From Eledone cirrhosa (taxonomy: Eukaryota), in the NCBI GenBank assembly GCA_964016885.1, contig OZ024743.1, forward strand, positions 251,162,001 through 251,226,000: a stretch of DNA of 64,000 nucleotides. Reading direction: 5' to 3'. Under the pieces are notes generated by a model. The model had not been told where the DNA came from, searched no databases, and was given only the letters and a program-made list of their open reading frames with translations. The stretch's first letter is position 1; each line of letters starts with the position of its first letter. Made by a program: the position numbers and the translations under genes. Below, one piece after another: positions 25,248-38,845 of this stretch.

Positions 25248-27800
25248 TGTGGGGGCCTGTTGTGGGAGCCTGATGTTATGGTATGTGTTGTTGTTGTTAT
25301 TGTTGTGGGAGCCTGATGCTATGGTATATGTTGTTGTTGTAGGGGCCTGATGTTATGGTGTATGTTGTTGTGGGGCCTGATGCTATGGTATATGTTGTTG
25401 TTGTTGTGGGGGCCTGATGTTATGGTGTATGTTGTTGTTGTTGTGGAGGCCTGATGTTATGGTATATGTTGTTGTTGTTGTAGGGCCTGGTGTTATGGTA
25501 TATGTTGTTGTGGAGGCCTGATGTTATGATGTATGTTGTTGTTTTTGTGGGGCCCTGATGTTATGGTATATGTTGTTTTGGGGGCCTGATGTTATGGTAT
25601 ATGTTGTTGTGGGGGCCTGATGATATGATGTATGTTGTTGTTGTTGTGGGGGCCTGATGTTATGGTATATGTTGTTGTGGGGCCTGATGTTATGGTATAT
25701 GTTGTTGTGGGGCCTGATGTTATGGTATATGTTGTTGTGGGGCCTGATGTTATGGTATATGTTGTTGTGGGGGTCTGATGTTATGGTATATGTTGTTGTG
25801 GGGGTCTGATGTTATGGTATATGTTGTTGTGGGGCCTGATGTTATGGTATATGTTGTTGTGGGGGTCTGATGTTATGGTATATGTTGTTGTGGGGGTCTG
25901 ATGTTATGGTATATGTTGTTGTGGGGGTCTGATGTTATGGTATATGTTGTTGTGGGGCCTGATGTTATGGTATATGTTGTTGTGGGGCCTGATGTTATGG
26001 TATATGTTGTTGTGGGGGCCTGATGTTATGGTATGTGTTGTTGTGGGGTCTGATGTTATGATGTATGTTGTTGTTATTGTTGTGGGGGCCTGATGTTATG
26101 GTATATGTTGTTGTTGTTGTGGGGTCTGATGTTATGGTGTATGTTGTTGTTGTTATTGTTGTGGGGGCCTGATGTTATGGTATATGTTGTTGTGGGGGCC
26201 TAATGTTATGGTATATGTTGTTGTTGTGGCGGCCTGATGTTATGGTGTATGTTGTTGTGGGGGCCTGATGTTATGGTGTATGTTGTTGTTGTGGGGGCCT
26301 GATGTTATGGTGTATGTTGTTGTGGCTGCCTGATGTTATGGTGTATGTTGTTGTGGGGGCCTGATGTTATGGTGTATGTTGTTGTTGTTATTGTTGTGGG
26401 GGCCTGATGTTATGGTGTATGTTGTTGTTGTGGGGGCCTGATGTTATGGTGTATGTTGTTGTGGCTGCCTGATGTTATGGTATATGTTGTTGTTGTGGCG
26501 GCCTGATGTTATGGTGTATGTTGTTGTTGTTATTGTTGTGGGGGCCTGATGTTATGGTATATGTTGTTGTTGTGGCGGCCTGATGTTATGGTATATGTTG
26601 TTGTTGTTATTGTTGTGGGGGCCTGATGTTATGGTGTATGTTGTTGTTGTGGGGGCCTGATGTTATGGTGTATGTTGTTGTTGTGGCTGCCTGATGTTAT
26701 GGTATATGTTGTTGTTGTGGCGGCCTGATGTTATGGTGTATGTTGTTGTTGTTATTGTTGTGGGGGCCTGATGTTATGGTATATGTTGTTGTTGTGGCGG
26801 CCTGATGTTATGGTATATGTTGTTGTTGTTATTGTTGTGGGGGCCTGATGTTATGGTGTATGTTGTTGTTGTGGGGGCCTGATGTTATGGTGTATGTTGT
26901 TGTTGTGGCTGCCTGATGTTATGGTATATGTTGTTGTTGTGGCGGCCTGATGTTATGGTGTATGTTGTTGTTGTTATTGTTGTGGGGGCCTGATGTTATG
27001 GTATATGTTGTTGTTGTGGCGGCCTGATGTTATGGTATATGTTGTTGTTGTGGCGGCCTGATGTTATGGTGTATGTTGTTGTTGTTATTGTTGTGGGGGC
27101 CTGATGTTATGGTGTATGTTGTTGTTGTGGGGGCCTGATGTTATGGTGTATGTTGTTGTTGTTATTGTTGTGGGGGCCTGATGTTATGGTGTATGTTGTT
27201 GTGGCTGCCTGATGTTATGGTATATGTTGTTGTTGTGGCGGCCTGATGTTATGGTGTATGTTGTTGTTGTTATTGTTGTGGGGGCCTGATGTTATGGTGT
27301 ATGTTGTTGTTGTGGCGGCCTGATGTTATGGTATATGTTGTTGTTGTGGCGGCCTGATGTTATGGTGTATGTTGTTGTTGTTATTGTTGTGGGGGCCTGA
27401 TGTTATGGTATATGTTGTTGTTGTGGCGGCCTGATGTTATGGTATATGTTGTTGTTGTGGCGGCCTGATGTTATGGTGTATGTTGTTGTGGGGGCCTGAT
27501 GTTATGGTGTATGTTGTTGTGGCTGCCTGATGTTATGGTATATGTTGTTGTTGTTGTTGTGAGGGGCTTGATGTTATAGTATATGTTGTTGTTGTGAGTG
27601 TCTTAATGTTATGGTATATGTTGTTGTTGTTATTGTTGTGGGGGCCTGATGTTATGGTATATGTTGTTGTGGCTGCCTGATGTTATGGTATATGTTGTTG
27701 TTGTTGTTGTGAGGGGCTTGATGTTATAGTATATGTTGTTGTTGTGAGGGGCTTAATGTTATGGTATATGTTGTTGCTGTGGGGACCTTATGTTATTGTA
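25248..27800. repeat. Minisatellite, 30-43 bp unit GCCTGATGTTATGGT(A/G)TAT(GTT)nGTGG(GG/CG/CT), with higher-order ordering
   Basis: About 75 tandem units. Variant units recur in repeated order at 26.3-27.5 kb. Confidence 0.97.
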
Positions 27801-30196
27801 TATATTTTTGATGTCTTCTTTACAGTTGTGTGACTCAGTTATCTTGGTAAATGGATCTAGAATATAGAGTTAGTGTGGTGGTGATGAGGAGATATTGTGT
27901 CACACAAGAGAAGATAGGTGTAGCAGGGGTTGGAGAAAGGCATGGTATGGTGGGGAATGTGTTTGGAGGATGATGTGGACTGAGGTTGTAGAACAAATGA
28001 TGTTGGTAGGAATCATAAATAGAGATACTGAAATAGATAAAACCTCCTTCTAGGGATGTTCCATTTATTGGATCAAGGGGAAGGAAGGGGGAGGGATACA
28101 CAAATATCAATTTTATAAGATAGAAACTTAATGGTTTGAACTAACTGACCATTCCAGTATTTCAGTCTTGTACATGTTAGACTATATCCTGCCAGCCCTA
28201 TATTCCAGTTTTTTTTTCGCTTTTCTTTTTATCGCTTTCTTTTTTTTTCATTCATTTTATTTTTGTGTCTTTTTCTTTCTCTTTTTCATGCTTTTTCTCC
28301 TGTTTTTGGTGTTTTCCGTTTTTTGTGTTTTTTCTTTCAGTCTTTTTTTTTCTCTTTTATGTGTTTTTTTTCACTTTTGTCTTGTATTTTTTGCCATTTT
28401 CATCTTTTTCTTCTCTTTTTTTTGTGTGATTTACCCCCCCCGCCCCCGTTCCCGTTTTTGTTTTCTTTTTAAAAGGGAAACATTGATGAATTGTAAAATT
28501 TCTTTCTGTTAATTTTAATTAAAAAGGCAGAACAGCGAATTACTACAATGTTGGACTATCTTCCCTGTGTACACATCTGTTTTCTGCAGTTGTGTACACT
28601 GTTTTCTGTAAAATTCAGTGTTGTGTTTATGTTGTTTGTGTTGTATGTGTAGTTAGAATATCTTTTTAGGAAAGCCAGTACAATTCAAGTTAGAAATAAA
28701 GAAGTGACAATGAGATTAATGTAAGACAAATAAAAGCAAACAGCAGTGTATACTTTTATGTGAATGCATGTGGCCTAGTGGTTAGAACAGTCATGTGCAA
28801 ACTGCAGTCCACATACAACATATGGCCCATTTGGCTTTCTGAATGGTACGCACCTAATTTCGAAATTGCCTTGAATATTTTAGTAATGTAGCCTACCTTA
28901 TGATGAGCCACATGAAGTCCACTGTTCATGCCTGGGTTAGAGTGTTCAGCTCACAATCATAAAGGCATGGGTTCAATTCCTAGAGTAGGCAGTGTGTTGT
29001 ATTCTTGAGCAAGGTACTTTATTTCACACTGATTTTCATGGTAGGAGTAAGGCTCTATCATTAAAACACAAGAAACCTCCTATGAGATGTTACATCATAA
29101 CTTACATAGGTGTTAACTGTAAATTTCCATTCTATTTTTTTTTCATTTCTTATAATTCATGATGGTTGTGAATTGACAGAGTTGTTAATATGTCAGATAA
29201 TATGCTTTGTGGTATTTGTTCCCTGTGTCTGCACACTGATTTCAAATCTCTCCAAGGTCAAAACTTTGTCTTTCATACTTTTGTGGTTGATAAAAAATGC
29301 CAGTTCAGTACTGGGGCCAATTTTTTGTCTATATCTATTTCTCACTTTCCCTCTATCACTCTCTCTCTGCTTCTCAAGAAAAGGATGTACTCTGCTAGGC
29401 TTTAAATGCCCAAGTTTTTTTTACTACAGTACACTTGCAAATCCATCAAGAGTTATGGGTTCATACAAACATACATACATACATTTCATGATGTCTTGGG
29501 TTATTTCAGGTTTCAAAAGAAAGTAAATGTGCTGTGACACACATAATGAGTGGAGCTAGATTCCATTGTGTAACATCTTGGGCAAGTAACTTTACTTTAA
29601 TCCCAGATCAACCCAAATCTTATCAGTGTTGTTGGGTCAACAGAAAGTGTTTCAAAGCCAATTTGATCAATTGTACCAATAATTCAAAAGTCCAGTTGTG
29701 TCACACATTCTGTGTTAGGTGTATTTGGTTTGAAAATTATCTTAAGTGCCATGTCTGTATGTGTGTGTGTGGAATACTCGGCCATTTAGACTATAAAACA
29801 AGATGGATTGTACCTATAACTCAAAAGCCTTGTCACACATATTCTGTTAGGTTGATTAGGTTTGGGAATTATGTTAAGTGGACATATGTGTTTTGTATAC
29901 TCAGTCATTTAGACAATAAAACTAGATAAACTATACCAGTAATTCAAAATGTCAGATAATAGACAAAATTTAGAATTTTTAAATTTCTTTGTGTGTGTAA
30001 TGTAATACATGTATGCATGATATTTTGTGTATATTTATGCCATGCAAGTATGTGTACCTACATGTATATATATTTGGCCAAATATATACGTGAACATATA
30101 TGCAGATGTATATATATATATGTAAAAGGCAAACAGAAATAACAAAGCAAACTGCATAGCATAAGTTTTACACTTGATATAGTAGGAAAAGACTTG

Positions 30197-30232
30197 TGAC
30201 TTTTCAGACGCTAGTCTTTCATCAGAAAATAG
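30197..30232 (-). ncRNA. Minimal hammerhead-like core (Penelope-type), probably degenerate
   Basis: Minus strand CUGAUGA-A-AGAC-UAGC-GUCU-GAAA-AG-UC. Stem II is perfect; stems I and III are poor. Confidence 0.45.
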
Positions 30233-30989
30233 AATGAGAAATTCAAGAAAAAACAAAAGATTGACGAGATGGGCAGTGGCGGAAACGAAAACAAATTTTT
30301 TGAGAAAAAAAAATTGTTCATTCATGTCACAATCTCTATATGCATATCATCCTCTTAGAGGATAGTTTGAGAGTCTAAGGTTAAGAGTATACAGGAGATG
30401 GTGGAGCATGGCCTGTTATGTTATGTGGTCAAGCTTGCTGCAGATAATAACAGCTTTGACTTTATTATACAGAAACTACATAATATGACAGTTACAGCTT
30501 GATAACTTCTGTCTTCCTCATTAGGTTGCTATTATGGTCTGGTTGTATAAGCTGAGTTAGAGAGAAAGGGTGGTCTGCATACGATTTGACAAATTTGGAG
30601 GGTGAGTACAGTTTGTTTAACATGAGTCATAGGTGCAGGTTGAAGTTCAGTTTAGGGTAATTGCTGAGGGTTAGTAGACTGATTAGAACAATAACGGTCT
30701 TATTTATGTCTGTGTGTGTGTATATATATATATATAAATGTATGTCTGAACATATCCACACACACATATGTATATCATCTATACACACAAACATATATAA
30801 ATATGCATATATCCATACATATTCTATCCTATTAGTTGGGAGTTTGTGTCTTAAACCTCCTGACTACACATATCTGATCTATGCTAAGGCCAGAGAAATC
30901 ATGTGTTTTTTTTTTCATATACTAAGCATGGTCTACCTCTGTGGCTTTGGCCTTTTATTGTAGTGTATAGGGCATACTGATGGGTTATT

Positions 30990-33330
30990 GTCTCTTGTGG
31001 GCTTCTCAGTCAGGGACCATTGTATGCAGCTGGTTGCAAATGAGTATGTTTGCAAAATTTCTCTTTGTGGTTGCCGGGTCTGTTCATTTCCGGTTCTATC
31101 TGTTCACATAATATGGCAGCAGCTGGTGGCAAATAAGATTAACCTTTTTTTTAATGGTGGAGTTGAGAGATCCTTATTTTGCCCCATAGAAGAGTATGGA
31201 GATGATTAAAGAATCACACAGTTGTGAGAGATTTTGTCAAACCTCCAAACCATTTGTAACTTCCTGAAATTATTCCAAGCAATGGCATGTCTTTGATGAA
31301 AGTCTTCCAAGAATGAGGCAATGTAGATACCCATATATTTGAAGCCTGTTACAATTTCCATATTTTCCAGACCATGTAGAGGGGTTCAGGTACAGGATAA
31401 TTTATATACAGGCCATCAGTTTTCTCTAGGTTAAATCTAGGTTTTCAAAGATCTACTGCAGCAGCTTCTGACGAGTCGAGTAAGAAAATGTCTGCAAAGT
31501 CTAAACTGGCTAAAACAACTTCAGGTTTTTCTGGATGCATTTTCAATCCATGGCTGGAGATTGTCTGTTTTAGTCAAGTATGATGATAAATAGGAATGGC
31601 ACAAGTGTGTCCCTTGTAAGACACCAGTGTTGATGGTGAAAGGTTGACTCATGTTATTACCAAGATGGACTTGGCTGGTGCTGTTGGCTGGTGCTGTTGC
31701 AATAGCATCAACACTTTTGGGAGATAAAGCCTTTACCACAAAAATGCAATAGTATATATAGAGTAATGTAAAAGCTAAAGGGTTAATACAGCAGCAGAGG
31801 TGTTTCCGGTTTTCAAGAGTTCTTTGAAATACGTTACCCACTCTTTTAATAGCTCAGTTCTATCTGGCGGGTGTTCTCCACTTATTTTATTCACCAATGA
31901 TGCAGTATTTGCAGATAATTTTCTGGAAATATTACATATGATTGAGAAGACTTTGCTTGACTGATTTAGTCTTTTGGCTTCTTCTGCTTCAGTGCACATT
32001 TGATCTAGATATGCCGGTTTATTGTTTGCCAGGGAATTCTGGTGGCTGTCACTGCCTGTCATCAGAGTCGGTGATTTTGTTCATTTTGGTTCAGTGTCTT
32101 TTCCAGGTATCTTTGTGATTGCCTATTTGCATTTCACTGACTTTGCTTTTTCCTTTTGTGGGATCTTTATGGAAGCAGTGCCTTGTTTGAAGTTGTGACG
32201 ATTCAGGAATTTTATCATTTTTGCTGAATCATGGTAAATTCTATGTCCTCTATTAGTGCTTCAAATCTGTTGCTGATTTCCACAGCATACCGTTGACATA
32301 GATCACTTGATTTCATAGGTATGGAAAAGTTGTATGCTAGAGTTGTGTAATTTTTGTGCTGCTCTTAGACTAATTTGAAAATCTGCAGTAACCATTCGAT
32401 GGTCAGAGTCAACTTCGATACTGGAGTAAGTATAGAATTTTTGAAGGGAGTTTATCCTCTTTTTCCTGATTATAATGTGGTGTATTTGTGCTTTGCTCTT
32501 TCTATTTGGATGTTCCCAGATTTACATGTAGCTTCTCTTAGGAGGCTGACAATGAAAGGCTAATACCAGATCCTGCTTTTCCCAAAAATCTACTAGAAGT
32601 TGACCATTTTTATTTGTTCGCAGATTGTATAAATATTTTCCAACAATTGTAGAGATGTTTCATGAGATAGTACACCAACACAAACGTTGAAATCACCAGA
32701 AATGATAAAGAAGTTCTATTGAGGTACGGTGGATATGAAATCATGCATCTCATTGTGGAATAGTTCTTTTTCATCATCTTGTTAGGTTTCTGTGACAGTA
32801 TAAACTGAAGCTATAGTGATGATAGGGTTACAATGCTGTGTGATGTCCATGATGAATTCAGTGACTTTACAAGTGCTGATCATACTCTCAACAAGGTGAA
32901 TTCTCACAAGAATACTGATACCACCATGATATTTATCATTAGTTGATGTAAAATAGAAAGTATAGTCCTATTGTTTTAATATATCAACATCATGTCCTGT
33001 TCTCCAACAATGTTCTTGTATGACTACAATGACTAGTTTTTTCTTGTTGCAGCCTTTTGTATATTGGTCTATTTTCACTGTGCAGCCCAATGTTCTTACA
33101 TTGTATGTAGAATTTGTGATGGGATTGCAAACTTTCTTTCAGGCATTATCAATCACACAAGTTCTTACAGGCTGTTCAATTCTGAATTGCAAGTGCATTA
33201 GTTCAAGAACTGAATTTTCAAGCTGTGTAATTGTCTTGATTAGTTTACTCCACCATAGACTGACTGGACCTCAAGGCTTCACCATAGCTGTTAACCAACT
33301 GGGAATACCCAGCATTTCCACTTCCATGCG
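30990..33330 (-). mobile_element. Old degraded APE-type LINE (RTE-like, different family) with an internal deletion
   Basis: Minus-strand motifs STYNVRTLG, QEHCWR, IISGDFN, INTGVLQG, SLDFAD, FKYMG. Many stops. Confidence 0.8.
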
Positions 33331-33505
33331 ATGATGTAAGAGTTGAAATTTAAGGAAGATCCACATACACACATATATATGTGTGTATATCTACATATAC
33401 ATATATGTATGTATATGTACATATATATATGTGTCTATATGTATTTATATATGTGCATACATATGTACATATATATAGATCTGTGTGTGTATGTATGCAC
33501 ACACA

Positions 33506-33541
<36 letters not shown>

Positions 33542-35137
33542 TATATAAAATTATATATATTTATGTACATTATCATATATTATACATTCATTTATTTGAA
33601 CTGAATATATGTGTTTTTATATATATCACTATATACGTGTGTGTGTGTGTGTGTATTCATATTTTATATACACACACAACGTTTTTCCAGCTCTCCAAAT
33701 TATATTCTCGATATCTTAGATAAGGGGGAAAATCAAGAACAAAATCTATGAAAAAATGGAAAAAATTTTCCAAAAATTCTTCAAAAATTCTCCAAGAATT
33801 CTGTCTATTTTGCTTCAGCTGCCTTGGTTCCTTTTTATCTTGCCTCCAAGAACAATGTCGATAATAATGCAATTAGTCTGGGCAGTCACGCTAAACTACG
33901 TCTATTGTCCAACTCTCCTTTGTAGCGCTAGCTTCCACAAAGCAATTCTTATATCTTGTGCCTGCCCATTCTTGCTGACTTTGTTACACACACTTGTTAC
34001 AAATAGATGGCAATGGCACTGGAACATTCTATGAATATTTCTAATATTTGCTCTCTCCCTATCTCTCTCATCTCTGACTAACTGACTTGTTAAGAATGCA
34101 AATTCCAATCAGATACATTTATATATTTTATTCATTTATATATGTTTCTGTGTATTTATTCATGTATGTGTATTATTTATTTATTCATGTATGTAATATA
34201 TATATATATATATATAGATATATATATACAGATTTATAAATTCATTATTCTTCTTCATCATCATTAACCTTCATATTGTTGTCCTACTTCACATCATCCA
34301 GTTTATTTACAGTTATTATTATTAGTAGTAGTAGTAGAAGTAGTAGTGGTGGCAGTAGTAGTAGTGGTGGTGTACTCATTTCTTTTTTATTTTATTTTAT
34401 TTTTTAAGGAAGTTTCTTAATCATATCTATTGTAATTATTGGTCAATTCAGTGTTATATCGGACAATGGCTCTCAAATTGATTTCTTGTTGTCCACCCTC
34501 CACCCCCTTCACCCATTTGGGGATACCTCTATTCCACAGACGTTGAGCTTTACGTTTTCATTAGTCCTACTGAAAAATACATAAAACAGCATATTTTCTG
34601 TGTACCAAAACTCTCATTTAGAAATTATATACATTAATAGTAATAAAGCATGAAGCCTTGATCTAGTGACTTTGCTATGTATAAATCTAAAATAGTTCAA
34701 ACAAATCACTAGAGTTGATTTGGTTTCGTTCCAGCCACCCATCCATACAAATTTTCGAAGGTATCTTAAGCTCTTATGACGCTATTATTATTATTAATAT
34801 TTGTTGGTTTTTTTTTGCTGTATTATTTCGGATTTTTACCATGCGGTATTCTAACGGCCACCCACCCTGCTACCCCCTCACACCCACCCTGCTAGCCCCT
34901 CACACCACCCTGCTACCTCCTCACAGCACCATAGCCTATTCGACCAATCAAACCTCAGCATGCCATTTCTACTGCTGCTACTGCTACTATTACTACTACT
35001 ACCTAACTAACTCTCTCCTCCCAACACACCCTGTCATTATCCCACCACCACTGTTCTTCTAGCCTTCAATTTTTCCCACTGTTATGGATGGATGAGCTGA
35101 GAATAAATTTGAGCAACTCTGAATCAATAGATGAAAT

Positions 35138-38100
35138 ATGAATCTGCGAGCTACCAAGCACCCATGTGAAGCGCCAACCAAGAGACCTTTCCCTACGAGT
35201 GACGACAAATGCCCAAAACTTCGAGTTGGTACCATCAACGTAGGCTCAATGAAAGGAAGAGCAGGAGAAATCGTAGAAATGCTAGAGTGAAAGAAAATTG
35301 ATGTATGCTGTGTGCAAGAGACTAGATGGAGAGGAGAGTCTGCCAGAGTCCTGTTAGGAAAAAGTCGGTGCTACACATTTTTCTGGGTGGGAATGACGAT
35401 GGGATGGGTGGTGTAGGTATACTACGAGCTGACAAGTGGGTAGATAAAGTAATCTCAGTGTACAGGGTAAATGCAAGAATCATTAAACTCAGACTAGTCC
35501 TGAATAAAACAATTACCACAATAATATCAGCTTACGCACCCCAATCGGGGCTGCCAGACAAACTTAAGGATAGGTTTTACGAGTCCCTAATGCGCACTAC
35601 TGCTCTAACAGACGACAATGACTTCCTAATCATCGCAGGAGATTTTAACGGACACGTAGGTAAACACTGCAACGGCTTCAATAGAGTACATGGAGGCCAC
35701 GGGGTTGGCACAAGAAATGAGGAAGGATTCAGACTTCTAGAATTCTGCGACACCAATGACATGTCGATATGTAACACAAACTTTAAAAAACCCGACAACC
35801 ACCTGATCACTTATAGATCAGGGGAGCACTCTAGTCAGATAGACTTTATCCTCATCAGAGGACGTGACAGATGGACGGTCGTAAACACAAAAGCATTCCC
35901 TAGTGAGGAATGTACATCCCAACATAGCTTAGTTGTCAGCGACCTCACGGTCTGAACTAGACGAACCTGGAAACAGAGGCCAACCTGGAGAAGAAAGATC
36001 TGGAAGCTGAAACTCCCCTCAACCAGTAACAGATTTAAAGATATTTTACTCAACGCCTATGACAGTAAAGAAGAACAGATACATACATTTAATGTAGAAG
36101 AGAACTGGGAGTTCCCAAAAAATAATTTACTAGAGGCGACGGATGAGGTCTGTGGCTGGAGTAAGACCTCAAGCAGGAGGAGAGTGACTTGGTGGTGGAA
36201 CAATAAGGTAGATGAAGCTGTTAAGGCCAAGCGACAGGCATGGAAAGAATGGAAGAACGGGGGGAGCAGGGTACATTACTTAGAGACCAAGAGGGAAGCT
36301 AGGCGACAAGTATACTTAGCTAGGAGGGAAGCAGAGGATAGAAAATTCAAGCAGGTTTTGCAACGTGAGGACCAGAAACAGGAGGTATTCAAGATTGCGA
36401 GGCAGTGTGTCAGAGATAGTTGTGATGTCATTGGAGAGAAGTGTATCCGGAATGATAAAGGTGAGCTTGCCCTCACAAGTGCTGAGAAGAAAGATGCATG
36501 GAAGAGTCATTATGATAGATTACTAAATGAGGAGAATGCATGGGAAGAAGAGACCCTACGCCAAGTAGACCCTATAGAGGGGCCAGCAGTACAAATCAGC
36601 AGCAACGTAGTAAGTAAGGCAATCAAAGATATGAAGATGGGGAAGGCAACCGGTCCATCGGGTATAGCTGCCGAGATGCTGAAATCAGCTGGGTCTGTAG
36701 GTCACACTATAACCACACGTATTGTTAACCAGGTAATACTAGAAGGTGACATACCAAAAGATTGGTGCAGTAGCATCATTGTCAACTGCTACAAAGGTAA
36801 AGGCGATGCACTAGATAGAGGAAACTATAGAGGTATAAAGTTGATGGACCAGGTCATGAAAGTAACAGAAAGAGTTATAGCACAGTTGATTAGGGACCAG
36901 GTGGAAATAGACGAGATACAATTTGGGTTTGTACCAGGAAGAGGCACCACTGATGCCCTCTTCCTTGTGAGGCAATTACAGGAAAAGTACCTAGCTAAAA
37001 GTATGCCACTCTACTTGGCATTTCTCAACCTTGAGAAAGCTTTTGACAGAGTTTCACGTGCTGTAATCTGGTGGGCTCTTAGAAAACTAGGAGTAGATGA
37101 ATGGCTTGTGAAAGCGGTACAAGCCATGTATAGGGGAGCAGTCAGCAAAGTTAGGATTAGCAATGAGTATAGCGAGGAATTTAGCGTACAGGTTGGGGTC
37201 CACCAGGGCTCTGTTCTTAGTCCCCTCCTGTTCATCATAGTCCTGCAGGCAATAATGGAGGAGTTTAAGACCAGATGCCCATGGGAACTCCTGTATGCTG
37301 ATGACCTCGCACTCATAGCTGAATCTATGGTAGAACTAGAGAATAAATTCCAAACTTGGAAGCAGGGACTAGAAAGAAAGGGTCTCAAAGTCAACATGAC
37401 AAAGACTAAGGTCCTTGTAAGTAGACGAGAAAACAGAACCCAGATCCCCTCAGAGAAATCGCCTTGCTCAGTATGTAGGAACGGTGTAGGTAGGAACTCC
37501 ATTCTCTGCCCCAAATGCAAACAATGGGTACACAAGAGATGTAGCGGGATCTCAGGAAGCTTAATTAAGAATGTAGGCTTCACATGTAGCAGTTGTGCTG
37601 AGACAGCAAGCAGCAAACAGCCACAGGAAATAAGTACCACCAATCTCTTGGAGGGCTCTGTAGAAACAGTAGACAGCTTCTGCTACCTAGGTGACCGAAT
37701 TAGCAGTGGAGGTGGGTGTTCAGAAAGTACAATAACTAGGGTAAGAACGGGATAGAAGAAGTTTAGGGAACTACTACCACTGCTAGCTGCAAAAGGCTTC
37801 TCCCTCAGAATGAAAGGCAGACTGTATGATGCTTGTATCCGAACAGCAATGTTGCATGGTAGTGAGACCTGGGCGCTGAAGGTAGAAGACTTACGTAGAT
37901 TAGAGAGAAACGATGCCTGCATGCTCCGCTGGATCTGTAACAGTAATATACGTGAACGACAAAGCATAAATGAATTGAGAGAGAGACTGAGCATAAGAGG
38001 AATCAAATGCTGTGTGCAGGAGAGGCGGTTGCACTGGTATGGACATGTGATGCGTATGAAGGATGACAGCTGCATAAAAAGGTGCAGAGCACTAGAAGTT

Positions 38101-38555
38101 GATGGAAACCGCGGAGTGGGGAGACCCAAGATGACATGGGATGAGGTGATAAAAGCCGACCTTACCCAATTACACCTCTCAAAGACAATGATACACGACC
38201 GTGACTTCTGGCGTCACGCAGTAATACAGAGTACCCGACCTCCCATGGGTACAAGCTGAAGCATATAGACAATATGCCCCCACACCCCCCACCTCAAGGT
38301 GGTCGTGGAGGTGCCACGGAAAAAAAAGCACCCAGCCCACACTGTAAAGTGGACGTGTAGGCGCCACGGAAAAGCACCCAGCACTCACTGTAAATGAGGT
38401 TGGTGTTAGGAAGGGCATCCAGCTGTAGAAATCAAGCCAAATCAGTTCCTGTATGAGCAAGGCATGGTCAGCCGACCAGACACTGCCCACAACAGGACAA
38501 CCCGTCTAACCCATGCTAGCGTGGAAGAACGGACGTAAAACGGTGATGATGTTTA
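35138..38555 (+). mobile_element. Near full-length RTE-clade LINE (APE, RT, PHD-type finger, 3' UTR), inactivated
   Basis: LRVGTINVGSM, DVCCVQETRW, ISAYAPQ, IIAGDFNGHVG, NYRGIKL, QFGFVPGRGTTDA, GVHQGSVLSP, LYADDL, FCYLGD, RRLHWYGHV. Stops near 35288, 35953 and 37753, and a frameshift near 35390. Ends CGGACGTAAAACGG(TGA)n. Confidence 0.96.
36184..37755 (+). pseudogene. Reverse transcriptase segment of the RTE LINE ORF (523 aa open stretch)
   Basis: Complete non-LTR RT motif series with YADD, bounded by premature stops. Confidence 0.9.
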
Positions 38556-38640
38556 TGATGAGTGGAATTTGCCTGCTGAAAGACTAATATCATGAAGCTT
38601 AAATATTTATCAAAATGTATGCCTAATATACCATGTATTA

Positions 38641-38680
<40 letters not shown>

Positions 38681-38845
38681 CTCACTCCCATGCAGCTTCA
38701 AGTGGCTTCTTATGAGATTGCATCTCAGGGGGTTTCCTGGGTGTTTTAAATATTTTGGGCCTCAGTCTTATAATGAATATCAATGTGAAATGAAGCATTT
38801 TACTCTATACTTGATCACCAGACCTGACTCGTCTCAAATGGGACC

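Noticed and set aside
25248-27800. CRISPR-like appearance (constant core plus variable spacer)
   Set aside because: The spacers are (GTT)n variants rather than unique sequences, there are no cas genes, and the context is eukaryotic.
34840-35137. HDV-like ribozyme, known from some RTE 5' UTRs
   Set aside because: I could not identify the nested double pseudoknot by eye; a descriptor search is needed.
37011-38129. Antisense ORFs over LINEs (also 20666-21664, 51124-51408)
   Set aside because: Shadow ORFs of RT coding sequence.
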